Below are positions 1 through 8,983 of a DNA stretch of 64,000 nucleotides, one piece after another (the first letter of the stretch is position 1; every line of letters begins with the position of its first letter). The translations under genes were made by a program, and so were the position numbers. A model generated the notes under the pieces. That model saw only the letters and a program-made list of their open reading frames with translations, did no database searches and was not told where the DNA came from. The DNA lies in IMG/VR virus record IMGVR_UViG_3300042691_019444, positions 28,971 to 92,970 of that record; one strand, given 5' to 3'. Origin of the DNA: a virus.

Positions 1-130
1 GTTGTTTGAGATTGATATGAAGCTGTTGATGATGCATCCGGCCGCAATCATCCCCGGTATGAGTGAGTCGGATCATCGCAAAGCCCGCAATGCAGCCAAG
101 CGTGAACGGCGTCGACTGCGCGGTAAGTAA
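1..130 (+). CDS. 3' end of a hypothetical protein (partial)
   Basis: Open frame from base 2 to TAA at 128-130, ending ...RKARNAAKRERRRLRGK. Confidence 0.55.
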   Translation, partial: LFEIDMKLLMMHPAAIIPGMSESDHRKARNAAKRERRRLRGK

Positions 131-186
131 TCCTCCCCCTTTACTAGTCTCCCGGTCTTCTGATAGTTGTATGTCAGGAGCCAATC

Positions 187-723
187 ATGCGGAGACGTAT
201 ACCCGAGAACACTGGCATTCGTAATCCTAATGGGGGAACGAGCGCCCTAATGGTGCGCGTTCAACGGGAGATGTTCGTTGAGAAGTTGTTGATGGACGAC
301 ACTCCCAATGACCTGATAATTGCTGCTGCCGAACAGCAATTTGGCATTGGGATGCGCGCTACCCAATACCTCATCCAGACAGTAAAGAAGAGATGGGAGC
401 AGGAGACTGCCGATAGACGCCAGTATTGGAAGGACATGGCAATACGGCGGTTGATGCACACCATAAAGGGGGCGCGCGAGGACCGGAAATGGGGCGACGT
501 AGTTGCGGCCGAGCGACTACTAAGTCAGATTCAGGGAACGCAGGCACCTGTTGAGATCAAGGCCGAATTCACGTACGCGCAAGCGGTAGCCGACTACATC
601 AGCAATTACACTGATGATGAGTTGAATGACATGATTGCCCAATACAATGATATGAAGCGACGGGCGTCGGTCATTACGGTACAGGCCGAGCAGGTCTCAC
701 CGCCACTGCTCCCCAAGCTATAG
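187..723 (+). CDS. probable terminase small subunit
   Basis: AGGAG RBS; N-terminal HTH-like segment, helical hairpin, then AERLLSQIQGTQAPVEIK, typical of TerS architecture. Confidence 0.5.
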   Translation: MRRRIPENTGIRNPNGGTSALMVRVQREMFVEKLLMDDTPNDLIIAAAEQQFGIGMRATQYLIQTVKKRWEQETADRRQYWKDMAIRRLMHTIKGAREDRKWGDVVAAERLLSQIQGTQAPVEIKAEFTYAQAVADYISNYTDDELNDMIAQYNDMKRRASVITVQAEQVSPPLLPKL

Positions 724-725
724 CA

Positions 726-743
726 CCGCAACACGTGTTGCGG
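726..743. repeat. 18-bp palindrome copy 1 (exact)
   Basis: CCGCAACACGTGTTGCGG 2 nt after a stop codon, followed by CATAAC and GGAGG RBS. Confidence 0.97.
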
Positions 744-765
744 CATAACGCATGTGGAGGTTGTT

Positions 766-1071
766 ATGAGCGACAACGAACAAGCGTTATGCGTGCCATG
801 CGTACATCTAAACGGGTCGGGGTCCGATACGCTTCTCAAGGAATACCGAGAAGTTGTGGAGGCATTCGACGAACTACAGTTGGCCCTTCAGCGACTTACG
901 TTTCATTCGCGAGACTACTACGTATTGGGAGATGATGCGTGGAAGGTTGCGCGTGATGCCGAGACCGCCAGACGAGCAATGGTGTCAAGGTGTCGGGATG
1001 AGTATCGGCAAATCATGGTGGGGATTCGGAGACAAATTCGGGATAAGGAACGCCAGAGGGAGGTAAGATGA
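766..1071 (+). CDS. hypothetical protein
   Basis: GGAGG RBS then ATG 766; coupled to next ORF. Confidence 0.75.
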   Translation: MSDNEQALCVPCVHLNGSGSDTLLKEYREVVEAFDELQLALQRLTFHSRDYYVLGDDAWKVARDAETARRAMVSRCRDEYRQIMVGIRRQIRDKERQREVR

Positions 1072-1373
1072 GAGTCATATTCGAGTTGGCGGTTGGGATG
1101 GTGTTGGTTGCGGCGATAGTGCATGGTGCGATTCTCAAGCTGAGGGTTGCGATGCTTGAGAAGAAGGTAAAGCAACTGACCACCAAAACGAACAATCCCT
1201 CAACCGTATTCGGGTTCAGGATCGGTACACCAGACATCCATGAAATGGCCCTGAAGATGGGATATGAGCCATTCGCATTGACGGGGGACCAACTCATGGA
1301 TGTGGTCGATTTGGTGATGGAGGAGAAGGCCCATACCCATAAGCCCAATCACCCAATCATAGACGCAAATTAG
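1068..1373 (+). CDS. hypothetical membrane-anchored protein
   Basis: N-terminal hydrophobic helix; ATGA overlap; RBS. Confidence 0.7.
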   Translation: MRVIFELAVGMVLVAAIVHGAILKLRVAMLEKKVKQLTTKTNNPSTVFGFRIGTPDIHEMALKMGYEPFALTGDQLMDVVDLVMEEKAHTHKPNHPIIDAN

Positions 1374-1379
1374 GAGGGT

Positions 1380-2279
1380 GTGATGCGGCGCAAAGTAAGT
1401 TCAGAGGACCCATTCTTCAGATACGACTTTGGTGGGGACCCATCATCACAGGAGTACAGGGGTTGTTCGCTTGTGAAGCCCAGTACGATTCATGAACTTG
1501 TGGAGGAGTTCAATACGGCGGTGAATGCGGTGGAGACTTGCTATGCGCGACTGCGAGAGGCCGAAGCTGACCTTGAGAAAGTGTATAGCTATCAGGGGAG
1601 CACGAATCGGATTCGCATTGATGCGTGCGCCGGATACGGGCATGGATGTGACTTTAGTCCGGCAGGAGCCCAACGCACGATTGAGAAGATGCAGCGAGAA
1701 GCATGGTGGTTCATTGTTGAGCGGCTTGAGATGCGTAGGGTGCTCAGCGTGCAGAAGACCAAAGAGTTAGATGAGCAGTTGAACAAAGGTGAATTGCCTC
1801 CCATTACGTATCCGAACGTGGAGGCATTCGTCCAGAAGTACGCATCAGACATCTCGTCGCTTATTGAGGATCAGATAAAGGAGGTGTTCGGGTTCCTACG
1901 CCCGCGTGGGGGTACGCGCGGCGGGAAGTATAAGACCAATCCTAAGTTCGAGTTGAAGGACCGAGTCATCCTGGCGTATTGGGTCGACGACATGACGTGG
2001 AGTAGTCGATACCAAATCGCCCACAACTACCAGAACGAAGCCCGTGCACTGGAGAGGGTATTCCAGACGTTGGACGGGAAGGGTAATGTGCTGAAGGGCT
2101 ATTACTCAGAGTTGGACATCGCAATGAGGGAGGCACCTGATGGGGTAGGTGAGACTGACTATTTCAAATTCCGGGCATGCAAGAACCGCAACCTACATCT
2201 GCAATTCAAGCGGATGGATCTGGTGAAGAAACTGAACATGATTGCTGGGGGTAAGTCCCTAAAGGAAGCATCGCAATGA
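1380..2279 (+). CDS. DUF4942-like protein
   Basis: C-terminal GETDYFKFRACKNRNLHLQFKRMDLVKKLN pattern resembles DUF4942, a domain usually associated with methyltransferases. Confidence 0.65.
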   Translation: MMRRKVSSEDPFFRYDFGGDPSSQEYRGCSLVKPSTIHELVEEFNTAVNAVETCYARLREAEADLEKVYSYQGSTNRIRIDACAGYGHGCDFSPAGAQRTIEKMQREAWWFIVERLEMRRVLSVQKTKELDEQLNKGELPPITYPNVEAFVQKYASDISSLIEDQIKEVFGFLRPRGGTRGGKYKTNPKFELKDRVILAYWVDDMTWSSRYQIAHNYQNEARALERVFQTLDGKGNVLKGYYSELDIAMREAPDGVGETDYFKFRACKNRNLHLQFKRMDLVKKLNMIAGGKSLKEASQ

Positions 2280-2755
2280 CAAAGCTGAGAGAGCAAGTGC
2301 ATGAGTTCATGGTGGCTACGGGGCAGGAGATTCTGGATAACCCCTCAGTACCACCTTCGCCCGCTACGGTTCGGTTGAGGGTACTGCTTATTGTGGAAGA
2401 AGCGTTTGAGTATGCAATTGCATCTACGTCGGATAGGGGAGCGCACAGATACTTGAGCGCCGCAATGAGCAACGTACTGAAGACCATACAGGAGTTGGAT
2501 GCTGACGTATGGGATCACCCGAACCGCGTAGAGATTGCCGACGCGTTGGCCGATCTTGATTATGTTGTGGAGGGTGCACGCCTTACGTATGGAATCGATG
2601 GGGACCGGATTGCGGACATTGTGCATGCAACCAACATGAAGAAGTTGGAGGGCCCAATCGACCCGGTAACCATGAAGCGACTGAAGCCTCCTGGCTGGGT
2701 TCCGCCGACTGTCGATATCGCTAAGGAGCTGAACAAGCAATGCCTCCCAAAGTAA
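2276..2755 (+). CDS. MazG-like / all-alpha NTP pyrophosphohydrolase
   Basis: EEAFE...EIADALADLDYV...VHATNMKK...KPPGW motifs. Confidence 0.85.
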   Translation: MTKLREQVHEFMVATGQEILDNPSVPPSPATVRLRVLLIVEEAFEYAIASTSDRGAHRYLSAAMSNVLKTIQELDADVWDHPNRVEIADALADLDYVVEGARLTYGIDGDRIADIVHATNMKKLEGPIDPVTMKRLKPPGWVPPTVDIAKELNKQCLPK

Positions 2756-3480
2756 CAGGGCCACTGTTCAAGTGGTTTGGAAGTAAGTGGTTGAGCAGTA
2801 AGACGCTCCCACAACCAACACGGGACTCGTTGATTGAACCGTTCGCGGGAGGAGCTGGTTATGCCTTACGGCATTGTCACCTAAACGTCCTATTGGCTGA
2901 GTCGGATGTTCGATTGCATCATTTGTGGGTGTGGCTCATAAGGTATGCGACCGAAGCGGCCATTAGGGAGATTCCGATCGATATCCCGGTCGGTACAGAT
3001 ATCAGACATTTGGAATTGAGTGTCGGCCAGGAACTACTCCTCAAAAACTGGCAGCGAACGAATAACGTGGGGAATTGCTGGACCATAAGTCCGTGGGGCA
3101 ACAAGCCCGGACAATGGACCGCAAATACCCGCGCACGTGTTGCGGAAGAGATAGGGGCAATCAAGCATTGGAATGTAGCAACCGATGACGGGTTCGAAGT
3201 AATGAAGCGTTCTTACTTCGTTGACGCCACATGGTTCATCGACCCTCCTTATCAGTACAACTACCAATATGGTAAGCGACCAATTGATTATGAAGCTCTA
3301 GGCAAATTGGTAGATAGGTGTGCGGAGCGTGGTCAGGTGATTGTGTGTGAGGCAGTATGTCCCAAGACAGGCCGTGTTCCTACGTGGTTGCCATTCAAGC
3401 ACTTCGGCGACCGCATCACCAGTAGGCGCAAACCCACCAATAACCATCACAGCAAAGAGCTAATTTGGGTCAGTGCCTAA
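2740..3480 (+). CDS. DNA adenine methyltransferase (Dam/D12-like)
   Basis: FKWFGSK, EPFAGGAG (motif I) and DPPY (motif IV). Confidence 0.85.
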   Translation: MPPKVTGPLFKWFGSKWLSSKTLPQPTRDSLIEPFAGGAGYALRHCHLNVLLAESDVRLHHLWVWLIRYATEAAIREIPIDIPVGTDIRHLELSVGQELLLKNWQRTNNVGNCWTISPWGNKPGQWTANTRARVAEEIGAIKHWNVATDDGFEVMKRSYFVDATWFIDPPYQYNYQYGKRPIDYEALGKLVDRCAERGQVIVCEAVCPKTGRVPTWLPFKHFGDRITSRRKPTNNHHSKELIWVSA

Positions 3481-3482
3481 CA

Positions 3483-3500
3483 CGGCAACACGTGTTGCGG
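3483..3500. repeat. 18-bp palindrome copy 2 (1 mismatch)
   Basis: CGGCAACACGTGTTGCGG after a stop codon; extra half-site TTGCGGCATAAG follows. Confidence 0.9.
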
Positions 3501-3556
3501 TAGCTTGCGGCATAAGTAGTAGTAAGCACCGCAAACGGTTGTTGTGAGGAGGTATC

Positions 3557-4306
3557 ATGAAGACCTATACGCTGATTGATGGTAAGTGCCACGAAGGTGT
3601 TGTTGTGAAGAACGTAGGGAGGGGAGCCCCGCGCGTGATGGTCGGAGACCGAACGTTTATGTATGCGGGCACAAGGGACTTTGTTGGGCTTGCGCCTGAT
3701 AAGACCACAACGGTTACGCGCGCACGACTTGCAACTACGATTCATCAGAACCGAAAGTTCATGATTCTGGTGAATGACTGGAAGGGACTTGTTGGGGGGA
3801 CAATGCTGCTGTTCTCCGTAACAGTCAAACTCCCTAAGGGGCATTCGGGCCCGCTTGTGCGGTTGGTGAAGCTAGCTAATTGTCCGATGAGGGGAGCACA
3901 TTTACATGCTCATGGGCAATGCCGGTTGTGTGGGGAGGAGTTAGTGGACAACATTCCTCGCACGAACAACGGTAAGCCATTCAGGCATCCAGATAAGGGG
4001 CTGATTCACGAGTCCACACGCGCACAGGAGTCGATGGTTGGCTGGTTCAACATTCGGTCCCGTGAGGCCCAGAATGGAGAGACAATCGTTGAGGGGTTGT
4101 TGTCGTTTCCGAACCATAACCCCAGACAGTCAATTCCGGGCGACTTGGTTGTTGGGTATCCAATTACGTCGGTGTTGGATACCCAAACATTGTTTAGTGG
4201 ATTCAGGATCGAGTACGCGGGTGGAGAGATTCCGCAATTCAGGACAGTGCCGTATGAGGAGAAGTTGGTAATGGACACGGACTGGTATTTGGACGGTCAA
4301 CTATGA
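3557..4306 (+). CDS. hypothetical protein
   Basis: 249-aa ORF with GAGGAGG RBS. Confidence 0.75.
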   Translation: MKTYTLIDGKCHEGVVVKNVGRGAPRVMVGDRTFMYAGTRDFVGLAPDKTTTVTRARLATTIHQNRKFMILVNDWKGLVGGTMLLFSVTVKLPKGHSGPLVRLVKLANCPMRGAHLHAHGQCRLCGEELVDNIPRTNNGKPFRHPDKGLIHESTRAQESMVGWFNIRSREAQNGETIVEGLLSFPNHNPRQSIPGDLVVGYPITSVLDTQTLFSGFRIEYAGGEIPQFRTVPYEEKLVMDTDWYLDGQL

Positions 4307-4557
4307 CGGCGGAACTCCTGCGGCACATGTTGGGGAACTTCGCACTTGCGTTGTTGTTCATTGGCGCGCTTGCGTTGCTGTGTGGGTATGCGCTTGAGAG
4401 GTATGAGAGATACGAGGAGACAGACGATCCGGAAGAATCACTGGAGAGGAGGGTACGGGCGGTTGAGAATCGGTGTAGGGGGTTGAGAGATCAGATGAAC
4501 AAGGTAGTAGATAGGGTCGAAAGACTAGAACGTAAACAGGAGCGGGAACATGAGTGA
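4303..4557 (+). CDS. hypothetical membrane protein with coiled coil
   Basis: One TM helix then a charged coiled coil; coupled overlaps. Confidence 0.7.
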   Translation: MTAELLRHMLGNFALALLFIGALALLCGYALERYERYEETDDPEESLERRVRAVENRCRGLRDQMNKVVDRVERLERKQEREHE

Positions 4558-5257
4558 TTGTCATGATGGACCCAAGTGGAACCCGAGGCGGGCATCTGCA
4601 CACCTGCTGAGGATTGCGGCGGACTACACGGAGAACGCAACAACCGATAACTCGTTCAGCAGCGTAAGGGAATCGTTGATTGTCATTGCGCTGAAAGAGC
4701 CAATGGTGTCGCGTAATCGCCTGACCGAGATCATGTATGGCGTGCTTGGGTATGATGAGGAGACCATTGCGGAGGAGTGCAGGTGTTTGGTTGATGATGA
4801 GCCGGGACTCATGATCCACCAGACAATTCCGGATGCGGAGTTGGAGTCAATGGCATCGTTGGTTCAGTCTGGTGGGGCCATCAAGTGGAATAGGTGGCCG
4901 AGATTGAGGGCCGTATTCAAGAACACGTCTCCGTCTAACCGGATATGGTTGGAGTTGGTAGCGTTCATCGATACGGTTGTGACGCAGTACGGATGGGGGA
5001 CCAATACGCCGCAAGTAACCGAGGCACTTGCTGATGCTCAGTGTGAATGCGATATGCTGGATATGGACCGCCAGCAATCAATCGCCCGCATCACCGAACT
5101 ACAGGCATCCAATACCAAGAACGTTGAGAAGTTGAGGGCAACTCAGGGTATGCTGAGGCGGGTAGTAAATGCCCTATTGTTCGGTACTCCACCACTCATT
5201 CCGAAAGACGTTCTGACAAATGATGAGATGTACGAGGTACTGAGGATTGACGCCTAA
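4550..5257 (+). CDS. hypothetical protein
   Basis: 235-aa ORF with AGGAG RBS. Confidence 0.7.
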   Translation: MSDCHDGPKWNPRRASAHLLRIAADYTENATTDNSFSSVRESLIVIALKEPMVSRNRLTEIMYGVLGYDEETIAEECRCLVDDEPGLMIHQTIPDAELESMASLVQSGGAIKWNRWPRLRAVFKNTSPSNRIWLELVAFIDTVVTQYGWGTNTPQVTEALADAQCECDMLDMDRQQSIARITELQASNTKNVEKLRATQGMLRRVVNALLFGTPPLIPKDVLTNDEMYEVLRIDA

Positions 5258-5290
5258 CGGTTCAGTTGTACGGGTAACCGTTCCTGAACC

Positions 5291-5326
5291 TGAACGCCGC
5301 ATGGACCTCCCGCCATGCGGCGTTCA
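5291..5326. terminator. GC-rich hairpin, possible terminator or processing site
   Basis: TGAACGCCGCATGG / CCATGCGGCGTTCA perfect 14-bp stem, 8-nt loop; only a weak U tract follows. Confidence 0.55.
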
Positions 5327-5341
5327 CCTATTTGGGCTTCA

Positions 5342-5359
5342 CCGCAACACGTGTTGCGG
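5342..5359. repeat. 18-bp palindrome copy 3 (exact)
   Basis: Exact match, followed by CATAAC and AGGAGG. Confidence 0.97.
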
Positions 5360-5381
5360 CATAACCGGTTAGGAGGTTGTG

Positions 5382-5603
5382 ATGCCTGCTACGGAAGTCC
5401 CTCAAATGGACGTTAGGGTTGTGCTGCTATTGGCGTATACGTCCCGCAACATAGGGGCGTTGAGTGCTTGTGTGGAGCATATGCGAACAGTGCTGGGCAT
5501 GAATTATCCCCAGATTTATGCCATAGCGCGGGAGGTGAATCCGGCGTTGGAACTTGCGGAATGGGATGCATTGTTGGCTGAAGCTGACGACTTGTGGGAG
5601 TGA
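5382..5603 (+). CDS. hypothetical protein
   Basis: AGGAGG RBS. Confidence 0.7.
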   Translation: MPATEVPQMDVRVVLLLAYTSRNIGALSACVEHMRTVLGMNYPQIYAIAREVNPALELAEWDALLAEADDLWE

Positions 5604-5611
5604 GGTGTGTG

Positions 5612-6172
5612 ATGGAAAAGTGTTGTGGGACGTGCATGCACTGGAATAGGTCTGACCCGATCGATGGGTGTGCGGTGGTGGAGGTAGAACGGACTGCCGA
5701 GATAGGTGAGTGCCTGAATAGGGCATTTCCCAACCACACCCCGAGAGTATGGATTAGGTCGAATTGTGGGGCTCTATGTGTCAGATACAAGGAGTTCCGT
5801 TATGACCCCGAGAGGTTGGGGATGGCAATTGTGCTTGAAGCGGTTTACCGAAGTGAGGAATTCGACCGTAGTGGGGAATGCACCCAATTGCCGGACGGGG
5901 TTGAGGCTATACCGGCATTCTGGCGGATGGGTGAGTGTAGGGCATATGCGGGAGCCCAAATGCGGAGAGCCCGAGAAGAGCTGAAGTTGGTTGGCATTCC
6001 GCATGAGAGGGTGAGTGGGTTTGTCAAGGACGCTGAGGAGTTATTGAGACGGCTAATTAGGCAACACGGATGGGGGTCTGTTGAGCTGAAAGCCGAGAAG
6101 GACCGAATTGTTGAGTGTTGGCGTCGCGCCAAACCCCCTCAACCGAAACTGATAGGGAATGAAGGTGTGTGA
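5612..6172 (+). CDS. hypothetical protein, Cys-rich N-terminus
   Basis: CCGTCMHW...C...C; RBS GAGG. Confidence 0.65.
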   Translation: MEKCCGTCMHWNRSDPIDGCAVVEVERTAEIGECLNRAFPNHTPRVWIRSNCGALCVRYKEFRYDPERLGMAIVLEAVYRSEEFDRSGECTQLPDGVEAIPAFWRMGECRAYAGAQMRRAREELKLVGIPHERVSGFVKDAEELLRRLIRQHGWGSVELKAEKDRIVECWRRAKPPQPKLIGNEGV

Positions 6173-6651
6173 TGGAAGACCGCGAAGACTACTGCACTAC
6201 ATGCAAGGACTTCACAGTGCGGTTGAAGTTGTGTGTGAATTGCCATGACCGGGAAGCCCATATGGCACAAGCCACAATCACCAGACTGACCACCAAAGTA
6301 TCGGAGCTTGAATCTGAACTTACCGAGTATCGGAATAGGGTGTTTGCGGGGGATGTGTGGGTTGTGAGGTACGTGGTAGATGGGAATGAGATTGAGCGGT
6401 CAGGTACGGAGATGGAAGTACGTCGGGTGCTGAAGTGGGTGCGGAAGGATGGTAGTGCTACCAATATTCGGTTCGTTCATAAGAGGGTGTATCGAATGCG
6501 GTGCAAGTCCCTACATCAAACCTGTAATGACCCTCCCAAGGGGGACGGTAACTGTATGGCGTACTCGGCATTTTTGAACGACGCCATAGTTGTGAGTAAG
6601 GAGCTGGTTAGGGGAGCGCCTAAGGCGTACCCGCGATGGAGGCCACTATGA
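6169..6651 (+). CDS. hypothetical protein (CxxC...CxxC plus coiled coil)
   Basis: Coupled ORF. Confidence 0.65.
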   Translation: MMEDREDYCTTCKDFTVRLKLCVNCHDREAHMAQATITRLTTKVSELESELTEYRNRVFAGDVWVVRYVVDGNEIERSGTEMEVRRVLKWVRKDGSATNIRFVHKRVYRMRCKSLHQTCNDPPKGDGNCMAYSAFLNDAIVVSKELVRGAPKAYPRWRPL

Positions 6652-6905
6652 AGACCAAACCAACCCCATACCCAACAAATCAAGTCCATCAGGATCGGGG
6701 CATGATGTTGGAGTGTGTGCGTACTGCCAGGGAGTTGATTGTTAGGGCGTTAGGGAGGATTGAGTACTGTGGGGTGGAGATGCCTGATGAGGACCGCAAT
6801 CAGCTTCATGAGGCCGTAGCCGTACTGGACCGGGTAGAGCGTCTAGTCAGAACAACCACATGGAAGGAGGCCACTGATGCCGACAAACCTCATACCGCTA
6901 AGTGA
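6648..6905 (+). CDS. hypothetical protein
   Basis: GGAGG RBS, ATGA overlap. Confidence 0.65.
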   Translation: MKTKPTPYPTNQVHQDRGMMLECVRTARELIVRALGRIEYCGVEMPDEDRNQLHEAVAVLDRVERLVRTTTWKEATDADKPHTAK

Positions 6906-7128
6906 GGCCGGTTACAGGGAGAGGGACTTCGTCCTGAAGCTATGGGCGAACGGGATGATGCCTCGTCTGATTGACCTAAAGGCATTCATGGAGATTGCCA
7001 AGTACGACCCTAGCAGGGATGAGATTGTGGTCGAGATACTTGGTACGACGATGGCAATTAGGGTTGTGGAGTTGTATGGCCCCGAACCGGTAAGGGGGGG
7101 ACGCCAAAAGGAGACTAGAGATGGCTAA
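6877..7128 (+). CDS. hypothetical protein
   Basis: AAGGAGG RBS. Confidence 0.65.
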   Translation: MPTNLIPLSEAGYRERDFVLKLWANGMMPRLIDLKAFMEIAKYDPSRDEIVVEILGTTMAIRVVELYGPEPVRGGRQKETRDG

Positions 7129-7345
7129 GAAGCAAAAGTTGACCGTGAAGGTACCGCCCATTGCGGTGAGTGTTCGGAACACTGATGGGTGTAGTGGTAC
7201 GTCGTTCTATGACACGTTGTTGGTCATTAGGGCTGACAGCAAATACTCCCTAGCGGAGAAGCTGCGCGACCTAGCTAGCCTGATTGGGTCATCCGACAAC
7301 CTACTGAGTTCCGGAACCGTAATGATTGGTTGCCGCCGTAGGTGA
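7121..7345 (+). CDS. hypothetical protein
   Basis: AGGAG RBS. Confidence 0.6.
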   Translation: MAKKQKLTVKVPPIAVSVRNTDGCSGTSFYDTLLVIRADSKYSLAEKLRDLASLIGSSDNLLSSGTVMIGCRRR

Positions 7346-7348
7346 GGG

Positions 7349-7546
7349 ATGGAGATCAAACAAGTCAGGTGTTGGTTGTGTGGTGTTTCGTTTGGGCACG
7401 GGAAGGTAGTGGTGGCCGAGAACGACCTAACCGGTACCCGAACCTATCTGTATGGTTGCCACGACTGCACAACCCGCAGGGACGGCATTAGGGTATTGGA
7501 GATGAAGGCCATCACTATGGACAACGCAACGGAGAAGAGACCATGA
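7349..7546 (+). CDS. small zinc-ribbon-like protein
   Basis: CxxC...CxxC. Confidence 0.6.
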   Translation: MEIKQVRCWLCGVSFGHGKVVVAENDLTGTRTYLYGCHDCTTRRDGIRVLEMKAITMDNATEKRP

Positions 7547-7749
7547 AGGTTATTAGGTACGGCAAAAAAATCCGCAAGCTACTGCGATGTCAGATGTGTG
7601 AGTCGGAGATGGAGGCAATGCCCGATGAACTCAAACCTACCTCGCAGGTGAATAAGAATGGTTCGGTGATGATGGGGTGGACATGCCCGGTATGTGGGGT
7701 GGACGTCTATACGTCAGACGACTCAATCCCAATCGTAATGGAGAGGTAG
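7543..7749 (+). CDS. small zinc-ribbon-like protein
   Basis: CQMC...CPVC. Confidence 0.65.
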   Translation: MKVIRYGKKIRKLLRCQMCESEMEAMPDELKPTSQVNKNGSVMMGWTCPVCGVDVYTSDDSIPIVMER

Positions 7750-7751
7750 CG

Positions 7752-7982
7752 ATGAAGCTCCCCCGGAAAGGCACCCGTATCCATTACGACCCAACACCCG
7801 GCATACAGAATCCCAACCGGTGGAGTGGTCAGTACAGAGGATGTGTGGATGGACAGTTGATTGTTAGGGTATGGTTTCCACACAAGCAACGTTGGAGTTA
7901 TCAGCTATACAGCAGATGGTGGTGGGATGAGGGTCACTTTAGGGTCGGCCCACTACCACGACTCAAATTGATGTCAGCATAG
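7752..7982 (+). CDS. hypothetical protein
   Basis: GAGG RBS, ATG 7752. Confidence 0.6.
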   Translation: MKLPRKGTRIHYDPTPGIQNPNRWSGQYRGCVDGQLIVRVWFPHKQRWSYQLYSRWWWDEGHFRVGPLPRLKLMSA

Positions 7983-7988
7983 GAGGGA

Positions 7989-8480
7989 ATGATGGAACAG
8001 CTAAGAGAGGGTGACGACATACAGACACTCGTTCTGGTGGTTATGTGTGAGTGTTGCCATACCGTGTACCGGTTACGACCAGGTGACTACCATAGGGAGA
8101 ATTATGAGATTGTGTGGAGGTGTGTGGCATGCAACGTCGACAACTACCTGGGTCACGCTCAGAAGTTCTCCGAATATGTAGCGGGTCTGTTGGGTAGACT
8201 GGAGAGTGCTGAACATGAGTTGTTGGAACGCCGAACAATCGCCGGTAGCCCTAGAAGGTTCTTCAGCATACTAACTACTGATGGCCCCCCAGACCAACGT
8301 CCCATAGAGGGAGTGCAGTTGTCTGACGGGTCATGTCTGTTGTGGTGTCCCAATGGTGCGTTGGTTGGATTCGATTCTTTGGAGGGGTTGTTATCTGCAC
8401 ACCCGAACTTCAGACTGTACTGGAAGCAAGGTGAGGACGGACACATGCGCTGGGTGAAGGACCCCAAAGAGACTCCGTAA
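7989..8480 (+). CDS. hypothetical protein with zinc ribbon
   Basis: CECC...CVAC; AGGAGG RBS. Confidence 0.65.
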   Translation: MMEQLREGDDIQTLVLVVMCECCHTVYRLRPGDYHRENYEIVWRCVACNVDNYLGHAQKFSEYVAGLLGRLESAEHELLERRTIAGSPRRFFSILTTDGPPDQRPIEGVQLSDGSCLLWCPNGALVGFDSLEGLLSAHPNFRLYWKQGEDGHMRWVKDPKETP

Positions 8481-8563
8481 CTACCGGGTTGGATCGTAGT
8501 CATTTACCCACCTAGACATTCCGCATCACAGCATTCAATATCAGGGATTGGAGGTGAGTGCGG

Positions 8564-8713
8564 ATGGACCCCGAAATCCCCATCAGTTCAGTTCCTATCA
8601 ATTCGCTACTTGATCCGGAATGGGATGAGGTGGTGAGATGGGGGCCAATCGAGGAAGTGCTCCCACCGCAAGGATTGGGAAGCACGGAGGAAGGAGGCTT
8701 AGACGATGGGTGA
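8564..8713 (+). CDS. small acidic protein (49 aa, not in ORF track)
   Basis: GGAGG RBS at about 8550; MDPEIPISSVPINSLLDPEWDEVVRWGPIEEVLPPQGLGSTEEGGLDDG; stop overlaps the next ATG. Confidence 0.5.
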   Translation: MDPEIPISSVPINSLLDPEWDEVVRWGPIEEVLPPQGLGSTEEGGLDDG

Positions 8714-8951
8714 CGTTATGGTGTATGGGTCTGACCCATTCGATATCACGGTGGTTCGGTACAAGGACGGAGAGCACGCAGGGAAGTTCTGTGCGTTCTA
8801 TACCCAAGAGGTGTTTGCGAGGGGCAGTACACGGGAAGAAGCCATTGAGGCGTTGTGCGCAAAGTTGCGTGGTATGTTCAGCAATTGCGACGTACACCAG
8901 CGAGTGTGTGTTCCGTTCAATAAAGTGTTGCGCCCCAAGAAGGGTGAATGA
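8706..8951 (+). CDS. HicB-like N-terminal-domain protein
   Basis: beta-beta-beta-alpha pattern with FARGSTREEAIEAL; AAGGAGG RBS. Confidence 0.45.
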   Translation: MGDVMVYGSDPFDITVVRYKDGEHAGKFCAFYTQEVFARGSTREEAIEALCAKLRGMFSNCDVHQRVCVPFNKVLRPKKGE

Positions 8952-8953
8952 CA

Positions 8954-8971
8954 CCGCAACATGTGTTGCGG
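8954..8971. repeat. 18-bp palindrome copy 4 (1 mismatch)
   Basis: CCGCAACATGTGTTGCGG abutting the RBS of the large terminase. Confidence 0.92.
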
Positions 8972-8983
8972 TAGGAGGCTCAT

